Positions 50,377 through 60,018 of a stretch of 64,000 bases of DNA are shown here, piece after piece; the stretch's first letter is position 1; the number at the start of each line of letters is the position of its first letter. This DNA is from an uncultured Verrucomicrobiae bacterium. GTDB taxonomy: Bacteria > Verrucomicrobiota > Verrucomicrobiia > Limisphaerales > UBA11358. The DNA lies in contig CAVYLE010000010.1 in the NCBI GenBank assembly GCA_963769285.1, positions 426,069 to 490,068 on the forward strand, read 5' to 3'. A program made the position numbers and the translations under genes. The notes under the pieces were generated by a model. It worked only from the letters and a program-made list of their open reading frames with translations. It had not been told where the DNA came from and made no database searches.

Positions 50377-52314
50377 TCATTCGGCGGAATCAATATTTGA
50401 AAGCTGCCAGGGCTTGTCAATGACTCTGGATTTCGGATAAAGCGGTTTGCCTTTGGGCCCCCAAAAATCTTTCGGTGAAAGTTCGCCGATGACCCTTCCC
50501 CAGGTCCAGACCTCGCCATCACGTGTCAAAATCACACCGATGTTATCTCCTCCGGCAGTAAAGGCGACAATGTCTTTGGGCAGATCGAGTTTGCGCAGTT
50601 TCACCGGTTTGTATTCCGCGGCGGGTTTGACCTGGCGATGTTCAGAGGCGTCCAGCGCCCAGAACGACCCGTCCTTTTTCTTCAGAAGATGATAAAAGCC
50701 TCCGGGTGAAGAAGCGCATGATTGCCAATCGTCTTCCGTTCCCACCTGCTGGGGCACCGCATTCAAACTCGTGTCCGATGCCCGAGTATAAAAATTTGCC
50801 TCCCGCCCCCAACTCCACAGTGTTCCGTCTGACTTGATGGCTAACACCGTAAAATAGCCAAAACAGGCATCCACCCAATTTGTGTCCGGCGACATGCGTG
50901 TCGGAATAAGAATTGAATTTGTGTTCTGGCCATCACCGGTCATTGATCCCCAAAACCAAAGGCTGCCATCCGATTGCAAACCGACCGTTTGAATATCTCC
51001 AGCCCAGATTTTTTGCCAATGTGTTGAGGTGCCCACTTGCACGGCGTTGGTATTCTCTTTTATGCCTCTGATTCCCGACCGGCCAGTCCAGATACTACCC
51101 CAGGTCCACAAGGTGCCGTCATTTTTAATGGCAATACTGGTCTGATCACTTACTGCCACCTTTTTCCAATCATTTCCGGGAATCGACGGCACAGGTGTGG
51201 GACGCGTGGTCTTTGTACCGTCTCCCAACTGGTAACTGAAGTTTCCACCCCATGCCCACAACGTACCATCTGACTTAATAGCCAGACAATGATAGGGACC
51301 CACAGCGACATCCGTCCAATCGTTTTCATTCCCGATACGCAGCAGGGAAACCGTGTTTTGGGTGTTCGTGTTTTTCAAACCCAGTACCGGCCAGCCCAGC
51401 CGTTCTTCGCCCCAACACCAAAGACTGCCGTCCGAAGCCAGAATAATTGCACAACGACTGAAACTGTAACCAATCATTGGCGTGACGTTACCGGTCGGCA
51501 ATTTCAGTCTGCCGGTTTGAGCCGGAGGAGCGTGTCGAAAATGACTCGTCACCGTAATTGTGCTGACCGTCGCCAGCACGATTGCTGTGCTGGTGATGAT
51601 CGCCATCTTCGCTTTGGTCCAGGCCATAATTTTCAATGCTCCTTTGATCAGGGTTAAGGTTGAACCGCCGGCCGCCGCGCCTTTCGCCACCGCCACCGCC
51701 GCCACAGCCTTTGCCAGTGCCACCGGCGCGGCTTGGACGGAATTTGCGGAAATCGCCCCGGCGATGATCACCGTGGTCGAACTCACGCCGCGTTTGGCAA
51801 AAAATATTCGCAACTTCTCCAACGCCCGGCTCACACGCTTCTGCGCGGCATCGGCGTCCACACCCAAAGCATTCCCGACTTCCCCGAATGATTTTTGTTG
51901 GTAGAAACGCAGGACGATGGCGCTGCGATCCTTGTCGTTGAGCTGGGCCACGACTTCGTCGAGCAAGGGCGCGATTTGCATCCAGTCCGTGTCGCTGGTG
52001 TTTTCCATCCGGGCGGCGGCCTGTTCGCGGTGCTGGCGCCGGCGCTCGGCCCGCAACGCGTCGCGCGACACGAAATGCGCCACGCGGCAGAGCCAGCCGG
52101 AAAGCGTCGCGTGACGGCTCACCGCCCGCGCCTTTCGCGCCAGAATGATGAACACCGCCTGGGTGACTTCCTCCGCCAGTGGCGGTTCGCGAACCTGCCG
52201 CAGCGCGGCGGAATAGACCAGCGCGACGTGGCGTCCCACCAATTCCGTAAAAGCCTCTTCCGAGTGGCGGATCGCGTAGGCGGTGAGCAGTTCGGCATCA
52301 TCCGGCGGTTGCAT
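50377..52314 (-). CDS. ECF sigma factor-TM-RCC1-repeat fusion (C)
   Basis: Same N-terminus and linker; repeated AIKSDGTLWxWG. Confidence 0.9.
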   Translation of the reverse strand: MQPPDDAELLTAYAIRHSEEAFTELVGRHVALVYSAALRQVREPPLAEEVTQAVFIILARKARAVSRHATLSGWLCRVAHFVSRDALRAERRRQHREQAAARMENTSDTDWMQIAPLLDEVVAQLNDKDRSAIVLRFYQQKSFGEVGNALGVDADAAQKRVSRALEKLRIFFAKRGVSSTTVIIAGAISANSVQAAPVALAKAVAAVAVAKGAAAGGSTLTLIKGALKIMAWTKAKMAIITSTAIVLATVSTITVTSHFRHAPPAQTGRLKLPTGNVTPMIGYSFSRCAIILASDGSLWCWGEERLGWPVLGLKNTNTQNTVSLLRIGNENDWTDVAVGPYHCLAIKSDGTLWAWGGNFSYQLGDGTKTTRPTPVPSIPGNDWKKVAVSDQTSIAIKNDGTLWTWGSIWTGRSGIRGIKENTNAVQVGTSTHWQKIWAGDIQTVGLQSDGSLWFWGSMTGDGQNTNSILIPTRMSPDTNWVDACFGYFTVLAIKSDGTLWSWGREANFYTRASDTSLNAVPQQVGTEDDWQSCASSPGGFYHLLKKKDGSFWALDASEHRQVKPAAEYKPVKLRKLDLPKDIVAFTAGGDNIGVILTRDGEVWTWGRVIGELSPKDFWGPKGKPLYPKSRVIDKPWQLSNIDSAE

Positions 52315-52402
52315 TTACCTATTAAATGGCCGCCCGGACAAAAATCCGACATTTTTCGAGCGAAAAACCGGCGTCTGACTGTGGGTGGGCGCGCCGGCTA
52401 TT

Positions 52403-53857
52403 TCACTTTTTCTCCACCACCAGCATCTCGATGGGTTCGCGGCTGGGCACCAGTTCGAGGCCGGCTTGAGCAAGTTCATTGGACAAAGCTTGTCGCTGAT
52501 CTTGCGCATCCTCCCATTGGAAGGTGATGTCGTAGTTCCCGGATAATCCAGATTGCACAATGACCGGCTTGCCAAAAACGCCTTCCAAATAGTCTGACAC
52601 AAAGGATATCGGGAAATTGGTCCAGGCCCATAGGTTCTCGTCGTGCTTGAAATCCATTTTGCTTCCACGTTTGCTGGTATGCAACGCCAGCAATCCGGCG
52701 TCTTTGACTTTCAACAGGAGCACATCGGTTTCCCTGGTTTCGCGTCGGGCGTTGATGCCAAACTTCCGTTGGATGGCTTCTTGTAGCGCTTCCTTTGGCC
52801 GGTGCGGTAGCGTCAGCATGAGATCAAAATGGTTTGTCGGGTGATCGGTCGGGAGAATCATCCTCGGCTGACTGAACGAGTACGCGGTTTGGAGAAGGCC
52901 GACAAAGCTGGTGTTATGGGCCATTACTTTTTGAAAGGTTTTGCCGTCGCCGACGGTTAACATCGAACTCGAGGTCGGACTATAGTATCGCGTGGGCCGG
53001 ATGATCAGAACCGGAGGCACTTTGTTAAAATTTGTGGTTTCCCAAAACGACTCGTCCATGGTGGGCGAGACGACCTTTTCAACGACGATCACGGTGGTGC
53101 CAGTCGCGAATAATACCGCGGCACTCGCCACCACAACGGTTTTTGCTTTTGTCCAGGCCATAATTTTCAATGCTCCTTTGATGAGAGTTAAGGTTGAGGT
53201 CGAAGCTGCCGCGCCTTTGGCCAACGCCACAGCAGTTGCCGTTTTCGCCAGCGCCGCCGGTGCGACTGTTACCGAATTGATAGAAATCGTCTCACCGATG
53301 GCCGCCGTTGTGGAATTCACTCCGCGTTTGAGGAAGAATCGCCGCAGTTTTACCAGCGCCCGGTTCACCCGTTTCTTGACGGCTTCTTCGCTGGCACCCA
53401 GCGCGGAGCCGATTTCATTCAGCCTACGGCCCTCAAAAAAGCGGAGCACCAGCGCGTCTCGGTCGGTCCGATTGAGACGCAGCATGGCTTCGTCCAGCAG
53501 CGGCGAAATCTGCTCCCACGCCACGGCATCCGGTTCATTCAAGGTGGATTGCTGCATATAAGCCTCCTGTTCGCGCTGTTGGCGGCGGCGTTCCCGTTTG
53601 AGCACGGCACCCGAAACGTAGCCGGCGGCGTGATACAGCCAGCCGGAAAGTATGGTCCCGGTGCCGAGTGAAGCTGCCTTGCGCGCAAGGAGGAAAAACA
53701 CCGCCTGGGTGACCTCTTCCGCCAATTGCGAATCGTGCACCTGTCGCAAGGCCGCCGAATAAACCAGGTTCGTGTGACGGGAAACGAGCGTGGCAAAAGC
53801 GCTCTCGGATTGCTGCGAGACGTATTCCCGCACCAATCGCATGTCATCGGTTGTCAT
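52403..53857 (-). CDS. ECF sigma factor-TM-TIGR03435-type fusion (D)
   Basis: Same architecture as A and B. Confidence 0.9.
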   Translation of the reverse strand: MTTDDMRLVREYVSQQSESAFATLVSRHTNLVYSAALRQVHDSQLAEEVTQAVFFLLARKAASLGTGTILSGWLYHAAGYVSGAVLKRERRRQQREQEAYMQQSTLNEPDAVAWEQISPLLDEAMLRLNRTDRDALVLRFFEGRRLNEIGSALGASEEAVKKRVNRALVKLRRFFLKRGVNSTTAAIGETISINSVTVAPAALAKTATAVALAKGAAASTSTLTLIKGALKIMAWTKAKTVVVASAAVLFATGTTVIVVEKVVSPTMDESFWETTNFNKVPPVLIIRPTRYYSPTSSSMLTVGDGKTFQKVMAHNTSFVGLLQTAYSFSQPRMILPTDHPTNHFDLMLTLPHRPKEALQEAIQRKFGINARRETRETDVLLLKVKDAGLLALHTSKRGSKMDFKHDENLWAWTNFPISFVSDYLEGVFGKPVIVQSGLSGNYDITFQWEDAQDQRQALSNELAQAGLELVPSREPIEMLVVEKK

Positions 53858-53938
53858 CCACCTTATTCATGCACACCGGAAGATAAAAGGGGACAATTAA
53901 TTTTGCCCGTTCCGCTTCCCGTGTTTCGGTTGCGCCAG

Positions 53939-55366
53939 TTACTTCATCAGCCCCGACTTCCCGGTTGTCATGGCCAGGATGCAGCCTGCGCTGTTGGTCT
54001 TGCAGGAATACAAATCAATGGAGGTGACTGTGAGGAGCGGATTGGGATTGGGCAAGGCGGTGAGACTGAAGCGCAAGTGGGTCGTCTTACCGTCCGCAAG
54101 ATAATCGCCGTGCCAGGCCAGCTTGGAATTATGACTGGCGGGAGGTGGAATCCGGCCGCGTCTGTCGGGGGTGGCATACCAGTCCAGAATATCGGCGCCG
54201 TAGCGAATGGTGTTGGTGACGGATTCTCCGTTGTCGTAACGGAACACCAATTGATAAATGGGCGCATTGTTGGGCGACCAGAAAATGGCCGTGTGATAAA
54301 GGTAGAGGGTTTCAAAACGCCGGTTCACGGGAATGCCTTCAATCTGTTCCGTGCCGCTGCCGCCGCCATAGGCCGGAAAACCCGCGCCCCATAATTGCAG
54401 TGAGCCATCCGCCTGAAAGGGCACATGATAAAAGGTTTGAAACCCGCTGGGCACAATCGCCCATTCTTTGTCAAAATTGTCCGCCCGCTTGTCGTAATAA
54501 GCGCTTAAATCCACTGGCTCAGCCAGGCGATTGGCCATGGCGTGCCGGCCGGCGGAGAGTTCCAGCCGGTGAGGGATGTCCAGATGCGCCACCACCCCGG
54601 TGGTGGCGCCCACGGCTAGCACAATCGCCGCACTCGTTGCCGCTGTTTTTGCTTTTGTCCAGGCCATAATTTTCAAGGCTCCTTTGATGAGGGTTAAAGT
54701 TGAACCGCTGGCCGCCGCGCCCTTGGCCAGCGCCACCGCCGTCACGGATTTTACCAGCGCCGCCGGCGCGGCTTGAATGGAATGGGTGGAAATCGCCCCG
54801 GCGATGACGGCTGTCGTCGAACTCACGCCGCGTCTGGCAAAATAGCGGTGCAGCTTTTCCAGCGCGTAACTGACCCGTTTCTTCGCCGCATTTTCACTGA
54901 CGCCGGCGGCCGTGGCCACCTCGGCGAAACTTTTGCCGCCGAAAAACCGCAGCACCACCGCCGCGCGGTCCTGGTCGCCCAATTGCCCCATCGCATCCTC
55001 CAAGAGCGGCGCGAGCTGTTCCCAGGTTTCATCGGGTGGAATGGTGTATGGCTCGGTCTGCATAAAGGCCTCCTGTTCACGGCGGACGCGGCGGATTTCA
55101 CGCCGCAGGAAACTCGACGCCGTCAGCCGCGCGGTTTGATACAGCCAGCCGGGCAGGATGGTTTTGTCCAGGATGCGCCCGGCTTTTTGCGCGAGGATGA
55201 TGAACACCGCCTGCGTGATCTCCTCGGCGGCGTGGGGATTGCCGGTCTTGCGCAGGGCGGCGGAATAAACCAGGTTCACGTAGCGCGCAACCAGGGCGGC
55301 AAAGGCGGCGTCGGAATTCCCGACGGCATATTGCCGCAACAAATCCATGTCCGTCGCGTCGTGCAT
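53939..55366 (-). CDS. ECF sigma factor-TM fusion with an uncharacterised beta-rich extracytoplasmic domain (E)
   Basis: Same N-terminus and linker; C-terminal VPFQADG...IPVNRRFETLYLYH...IRYGADILDW. Confidence 0.88.
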   Translation of the reverse strand: MHDATDMDLLRQYAVGNSDAAFAALVARYVNLVYSAALRKTGNPHAAEEITQAVFIILAQKAGRILDKTILPGWLYQTARLTASSFLRREIRRVRREQEAFMQTEPYTIPPDETWEQLAPLLEDAMGQLGDQDRAAVVLRFFGGKSFAEVATAAGVSENAAKKRVSYALEKLHRYFARRGVSSTTAVIAGAISTHSIQAAPAALVKSVTAVALAKGAAASGSTLTLIKGALKIMAWTKAKTAATSAAIVLAVGATTGVVAHLDIPHRLELSAGRHAMANRLAEPVDLSAYYDKRADNFDKEWAIVPSGFQTFYHVPFQADGSLQLWGAGFPAYGGGSGTEQIEGIPVNRRFETLYLYHTAIFWSPNNAPIYQLVFRYDNGESVTNTIRYGADILDWYATPDRRGRIPPPASHNSKLAWHGDYLADGKTTHLRFSLTALPNPNPLLTVTSIDLYSCKTNSAGCILAMTTGKSGLMK

Positions 55367-55514
55367 CCATTAATTAGTGGCCGCCGCCGGCAAAAAGAGC
55401 CAACCAATTTTGAATTCATCCCCGAGACTGCCATTTTAACCACGGATGAACACGGATTCGGAAACTGGCATTGGGAAATATCAAGCTGGCTCACACCAAT
55501 TCGTTCCGCCCACC

Positions 55515-56300
55515 CTATTTTGGCAGCCAGCCGCCGACGGCTTGCAATGGCTCAAGCTTTCCAGCGCGCGTGACCCAAACGGCCAGTGCCAAACGGCCCA
55601 CGGTTCCTTTTGGATTGGGGTCAAGCGTGAACCAGCCTTGGAATCCGCCGTCCTTGCCGGTCAGCGGCTGCTTCACCAGGGTGAGCACGGCAAAATCGTG
55701 ATTCAAACTGCGGCCCTTGTTTTCTCCGGCCTTCACTTCGGAATTTAATTCGCAATCCAAAAGCGCGGCATTCACCTCGCAACCTATCGCCCCGATTGCC
55801 GCGGGAACAAAACTGACATGCCAGTGATTGGTGCCTTCCAAGCTGACCTTGAGTACGCCGGCTTTGGCACCCGACAAACCGGGAGCGCCTTTCAATCCTG
55901 ACCCGTTGCGCCATTCCTTGCCATTGAGAACAAATTCAGGGGTGTGAATGGTATCGCTGCCCCGCTGTCCGGCGTAATCGCGCTGGCGTTCGGAGAATTG
56001 TTTGCCCGCCCATTGATCGCGCCAGCCGAGATGATCCCAGTAGTCAACATGAAAGGCAACGGGCACAAAGTCGCTCCATAAGCCGGGCGCCTTTTTCAAC
56101 CCGCTCAACCATGATTCAGCCGGCGGGCAACTGCTGCAACCCTCGGAAGTGTAAAGCTCCAGCAACGCCGTTTGGCGTTCGGAACTCTGAAACACGGTGG
56201 GCGCGGCCTGGGCGGAAACACACGCCAGCATTCCCAAAAGACAGAAACATTTCACCTGGTTTAAGGTGAAGTTTGACGCCGGGCATTGCTCCATTTTCAT
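55515..56300 (-). CDS. DUF1223 thioredoxin-like secreted protein
   Basis: ELYTSEGCSSCPPAE, FHVDYWD and GENKGR.L.H. Confidence 0.85.
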   Translation of the reverse strand: MKMEQCPASNFTLNQVKCFCLLGMLACVSAQAAPTVFQSSERQTALLELYTSEGCSSCPPAESWLSGLKKAPGLWSDFVPVAFHVDYWDHLGWRDQWAGKQFSERQRDYAGQRGSDTIHTPEFVLNGKEWRNGSGLKGAPGLSGAKAGVLKVSLEGTNHWHVSFVPAAIGAIGCEVNAALLDCELNSEVKAGENKGRSLNHDFAVLTLVKQPLTGKDGGFQGWFTLDPNPKGTVGRLALAVWVTRAGKLEPLQAVGGWLPK

Positions 56301-56695
56301 TTGTTGGACTGCCAAACAAGGTTCCCGTTCATCGCAAAGTCAAATTGAAGCCCCAGCCGGGGATCAAAAACCTTCAATATGTGGTTATGTCCGCCGCCGG
56401 TCAAAATTGCCAACCAATTTTGAATCCATCCCCGAGGCAACTTTTCGACCACACCAGGACACGAAATGAACCTGACGCGGCTGATGCCGCAATCACCTGT
56501 TTTGGACTGCGGCGGGAAAGCGAAGCGCCACGCCGCTTTTGGAACCAGCCCGGCAGCACGGAAAGCGGTGTTGCCGCTGCGCTCCAGTCTTCGCTGCGCT
56601 TCGCCTTGGCAGGCTGACACCGCAGTCCAAAATCCTCACGCCGGCCGTGCTTCCCCGGCGGAAATGGAAAAATTTAGGCTTGCCCTTTTTATCTC

Positions 56696-56719
56696 AATGT
56701 ATTAATTGTTTAATACATT
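56696..56719. promoter_or_regulatory. GntR/YtrA-type operator palindrome
   Basis: AATGTATTAA-TTGT-TTAATACATT perfect inverted repeat downstream of a TTGCCC -35-like hexamer, 43 nt before the GntR start. Confidence 0.8.
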
Positions 56720-56762
56720 CATCGGACAGTCCCGGTTCGGGCGGCCCGGTGATTAAAATATC

Positions 56763-57155
56763 ATGCAACTCCGAATCTCCGTGCAGGATGGCGCGCCGAT
56801 CTATCAACAGATCGTCGAGCAGGTGAAGTATCTGGTCGCCGCCGGGCGGCTGAAGCCCGGCGACGATGTCCCCCCGATCCGCGTGCTGGCGGAACAATTG
56901 CGCATCAATCCCAACACCGTGGCGCGCGCCTATCTCGAACTCGAACGCGAAGGGATCGTTACCATGCGGCAGGGTTTCGGCACCACGGTGGCCCAGGTGA
57001 AGACGCTCCTGCCCCGGCGGGAAAAGCTCCGGCTCCTGGCCGAGCCGGCCGACGTGCTGCTGACCAATGCGCGCCACCTGAACGTGGGGTTGGACGATGT
57101 CGTCACCCTTCTCCACGAGCGGGATGCCGCCATGCAACCGGAATCATCCAAATGA
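56763..57155 (+). CDS. GntR family regulator (YtrA subfamily)
   Basis: PIYQQI and PPIRVLAEQLRINPNTVARAY; short C-terminus; precedes an ABC ATPase. Confidence 0.92.
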   Translation: MQLRISVQDGAPIYQQIVEQVKYLVAAGRLKPGDDVPPIRVLAEQLRINPNTVARAYLELEREGIVTMRQGFGTTVAQVKTLLPRREKLRLLAEPADVLLTNARHLNVGLDDVVTLLHERDAAMQPESSK

Positions 57156-58063
57156 AATTCCCTTCTCCTTCATCGGCCGAGGCAATCATCGCCATCAGTG
57201 GCCTGTCGCGCCATTTCGGGTCCAAGGCGGCGCTGGACGATGTGTCGGTGTTCGTCCCGCGCGGCAGCGTGCTGGGATTGGTGGGCGAAAATGGCGCCGG
57301 CAAGACCACCCTGATCAAGCATCTGCTGGGCGCACTCAAGGCCCAGACGGGGAGCGTCCGGGTTTTTGGCCTCGATCCGGTGCGGGATCCGGTGGGCGTG
57401 CTGGGCCGCGTGGGTTATTTGTCGGAGCGGCGCGATTTGCCCGGCTGGATGCGGGTGGACGAGTTCATGCGCTATACCCAGGCGTTTTATCCGGGATGGG
57501 ATGAACTATATGCCGGGCAGCTCTTGGAACAATTCCAACTGGACCCGGCCCAAAAGATCAAAACCCTGTCGCAAGGACAGCAGGCCAAGATCGGTTTGCT
57601 GACGTCGCTGGCGTACCGTCCAGAGCTGTTGATTCTGGATGAACCCAGTTCGGGTCTGGACCCCGTGGTGCGGCGGGACATTCTGGAGGCGATCATTCGC
57701 ATCGTGGCCGAGGAAGGGCGGACCGTTCTGTTCTCGTCCCATCTGCTCGACGAAGTCGAACGGGTGGCGGATCACGTCGTCATGCTCCAGCAGGGACGCG
57801 TGGTGTTGAACGGACGGACTGAAGAGGTGCGAGGCGAACACATTTCGGCGGTGCTGGCGTTTGCGGAACCGCCGGCGAAGGCCCCGGTTCTGGCCGGGGC
57901 GCACGCGGTCGCGGGATACGGTTCGGAATGGCGGGTGTTGTTTGGCGGCTCGCATCTCGAACTGGAAACGGCGGCCGCCTTGATTGGCGCCCGCGTGGTC
58001 GAGGAACGAACCCCGACACTGGATGAGATCCTGGTGGCACGGGCCGGCGGAAAAGGGAGTTGA
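57152..58063 (+). CDS. ABC transporter ATP-binding protein
   Basis: GENGAGKTT, LSQGQ, LILDEP and SSH. Confidence 0.95.
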   Translation: MKFPSPSSAEAIIAISGLSRHFGSKAALDDVSVFVPRGSVLGLVGENGAGKTTLIKHLLGALKAQTGSVRVFGLDPVRDPVGVLGRVGYLSERRDLPGWMRVDEFMRYTQAFYPGWDELYAGQLLEQFQLDPAQKIKTLSQGQQAKIGLLTSLAYRPELLILDEPSSGLDPVVRRDILEAIIRIVAEEGRTVLFSSHLLDEVERVADHVVMLQQGRVVLNGRTEEVRGEHISAVLAFAEPPAKAPVLAGAHAVAGYGSEWRVLFGGSHLELETAAALIGARVVEERTPTLDEILVARAGGKGS

Positions 58064-58066
58064 TTT

Positions 58067-59734
58067 ATGAGTGTTGGCAGACTGGCATGGCGAACCCCCA
58101 CCGGCGCGATGCTCTGGGAAATTTGGGCCCGGAACAAAGCGAGTTATCTGTGGCACGGCGTGGCTCTGGGAGCAGGTCTTTGCTTCGTCCAGTGGAAACG
58201 GCAGGGCGTGTCTGAAATTCTCGCGGCGTTGCTGGCCCTGGCCTCGCTGGCAGGCTTCGTTGGCGGCTACCTTCAACTGCTGTCCTGTTTTGCCCATGTC
58301 GAGGTGGACTCGGCCAAGGTGAAAGCCGGCTATCCCGGCCCCCTGCTGTTGAAACCGCTGCGCACTTTCCATTTGGTCATGGTGCCAATGCTGGTGGGCG
58401 GACTGGTTACGACCACGATGCTTGATATCTGGGTGGCGTTCGTTCTGAAACCGCTGGGCTTGCTTCCCGTTTATAATCTATCTTGGATCAGCATCGTGGC
58501 GTTGTCCTTTTTTTGGTGGATGCAGGCTCTTGCCTGGGGCCTCCCGTTGGTGAGGTTCAGGTCGTTTGTAATGGTTGCGGTGGCCCTGGTGCATCTGACT
58601 GTTGGAGTGATGCCGCAGTTGCCCTTTTACATTTCACCGGGGTGGCAATGGGGAATTGTGGCCACCTTGCTCATGTCAGCCGTGCCATCCGCATGGGTTG
58701 GACTGAAACTGATGAGAGAGGGACGATGGGACGGCCCATCCCGGATTTCCATCCTATGGAGCCGCTGGTTCCGGACTCGCGCGCACGGCCGGCGCGCCAG
58801 GTTCCGCTCCGCGTTTGGCGCGCAATTCTGGCTGGAATGGCAAAGGCAGGGATGGTTGCTCCCCGGTTTCTCAGGCGCGATGTCGTTGCTGGTTATGCCA
58901 TCCGCATTACTTGTCGGAGTCAAATGGTCGGATGTGGGCGCTCCTCCGCCGGAGGCGATTCTGGCTCTGATGTTGTTCGGGCCACTCGTGCTTTCCGGTG
59001 TGATGGGATCCGCGATGGCAAAGTTTGATCTGCTCGGTTCCACGCGCGAACTGCCGGGCTACATTTCCGTTCGTCCCATGACGAATGGCGGATTTGTCGT
59101 GGCGAAACTGGCGATGGCTTTGGCATCGAGCGCCTTGACCCTTTTGATCAGCGTGGCTGGAATTTGTCTCTGCCTGGCGATCACAGGCAAGTGGACCCTG
59201 TTTTCCAAAGCTGGATTGGTCACCCCTTTCGGGCCGATTTCATACCTGACCGGATGCCCGCCAGCCTTGTTGCTGCTGGTGATTATGGTTTGGAAAAATC
59301 TGCTGGCCGGGATTGGGTCGGGTTTGACTGGACGCCCTTGGATCGCCAATCTGGGCATCGCGTGGCGAGGCGCTGCCTATATGGGGCTGATCGCACTGGT
59401 CATGGCCGCCAACCTTTACGAGGATTTCAGGGAAACACTGCTGCATTGGTTGACTGCAATTCTGATTGCGTGTCTGGCGGCGAAGATCGCCGTTTCGATT
59501 GCCACTTTTGTCTGGGGATTGCGTCGAAACGCCATCACGGCCCGCGCGGTCGGCTGGATCGCCGGCGGCTGGCTGGTATGCGGCCTGTTCGTGGCCGGCT
59601 ACGCGAGCCATGTTTGCAACGCGATCAACCAACCCGGCCTGCGGATTTGGGTCACGCTCGGCGGATTCCTCATCCTTCCGCTGGCGGATCTGGCCATCGC
59701 CCCATTGGCGCTGGCCTGGAATCGTCACCGTTGA
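58067..59734 (+). CDS. ABC transporter permease-like membrane protein
   Basis: About 12 TM segments in two internal halves; operonic with the ATPase. Confidence 0.75.
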   Translation: MSVGRLAWRTPTGAMLWEIWARNKASYLWHGVALGAGLCFVQWKRQGVSEILAALLALASLAGFVGGYLQLLSCFAHVEVDSAKVKAGYPGPLLLKPLRTFHLVMVPMLVGGLVTTTMLDIWVAFVLKPLGLLPVYNLSWISIVALSFFWWMQALAWGLPLVRFRSFVMVAVALVHLTVGVMPQLPFYISPGWQWGIVATLLMSAVPSAWVGLKLMREGRWDGPSRISILWSRWFRTRAHGRRARFRSAFGAQFWLEWQRQGWLLPGFSGAMSLLVMPSALLVGVKWSDVGAPPPEAILALMLFGPLVLSGVMGSAMAKFDLLGSTRELPGYISVRPMTNGGFVVAKLAMALASSALTLLISVAGICLCLAITGKWTLFSKAGLVTPFGPISYLTGCPPALLLLVIMVWKNLLAGIGSGLTGRPWIANLGIAWRGAAYMGLIALVMAANLYEDFRETLLHWLTAILIACLAAKIAVSIATFVWGLRRNAITARAVGWIAGGWLVCGLFVAGYASHVCNAINQPGLRIWVTLGGFLILPLADLAIAPLALAWNRHR

Positions 59735-60018
59735 ACCCCAAAATGGCCGTGCCGGAAAAAAGTGCCAACCAATTTTGATAGTAGGTCGGTTTGCAATTGC
59801 GGTAGGGCGAGCGTCCTCGCGAGCCGACTCGTCAGCAGTCTCGCCCCACCCAAACTGACACACTATACGCGGATAAACACAGATTCATTTCAACGCCAAG
59901 GCGCAACGGAATCATTTTGGACTGCGGCGGGAAGCGAAGCGCCACGCCGCTTTGGGATTTAAGTCTACGGTCGAAAAGCGGTGTCGCCGCTGCGCTCTGC
60001 CACCGCACTCCAAAATCC

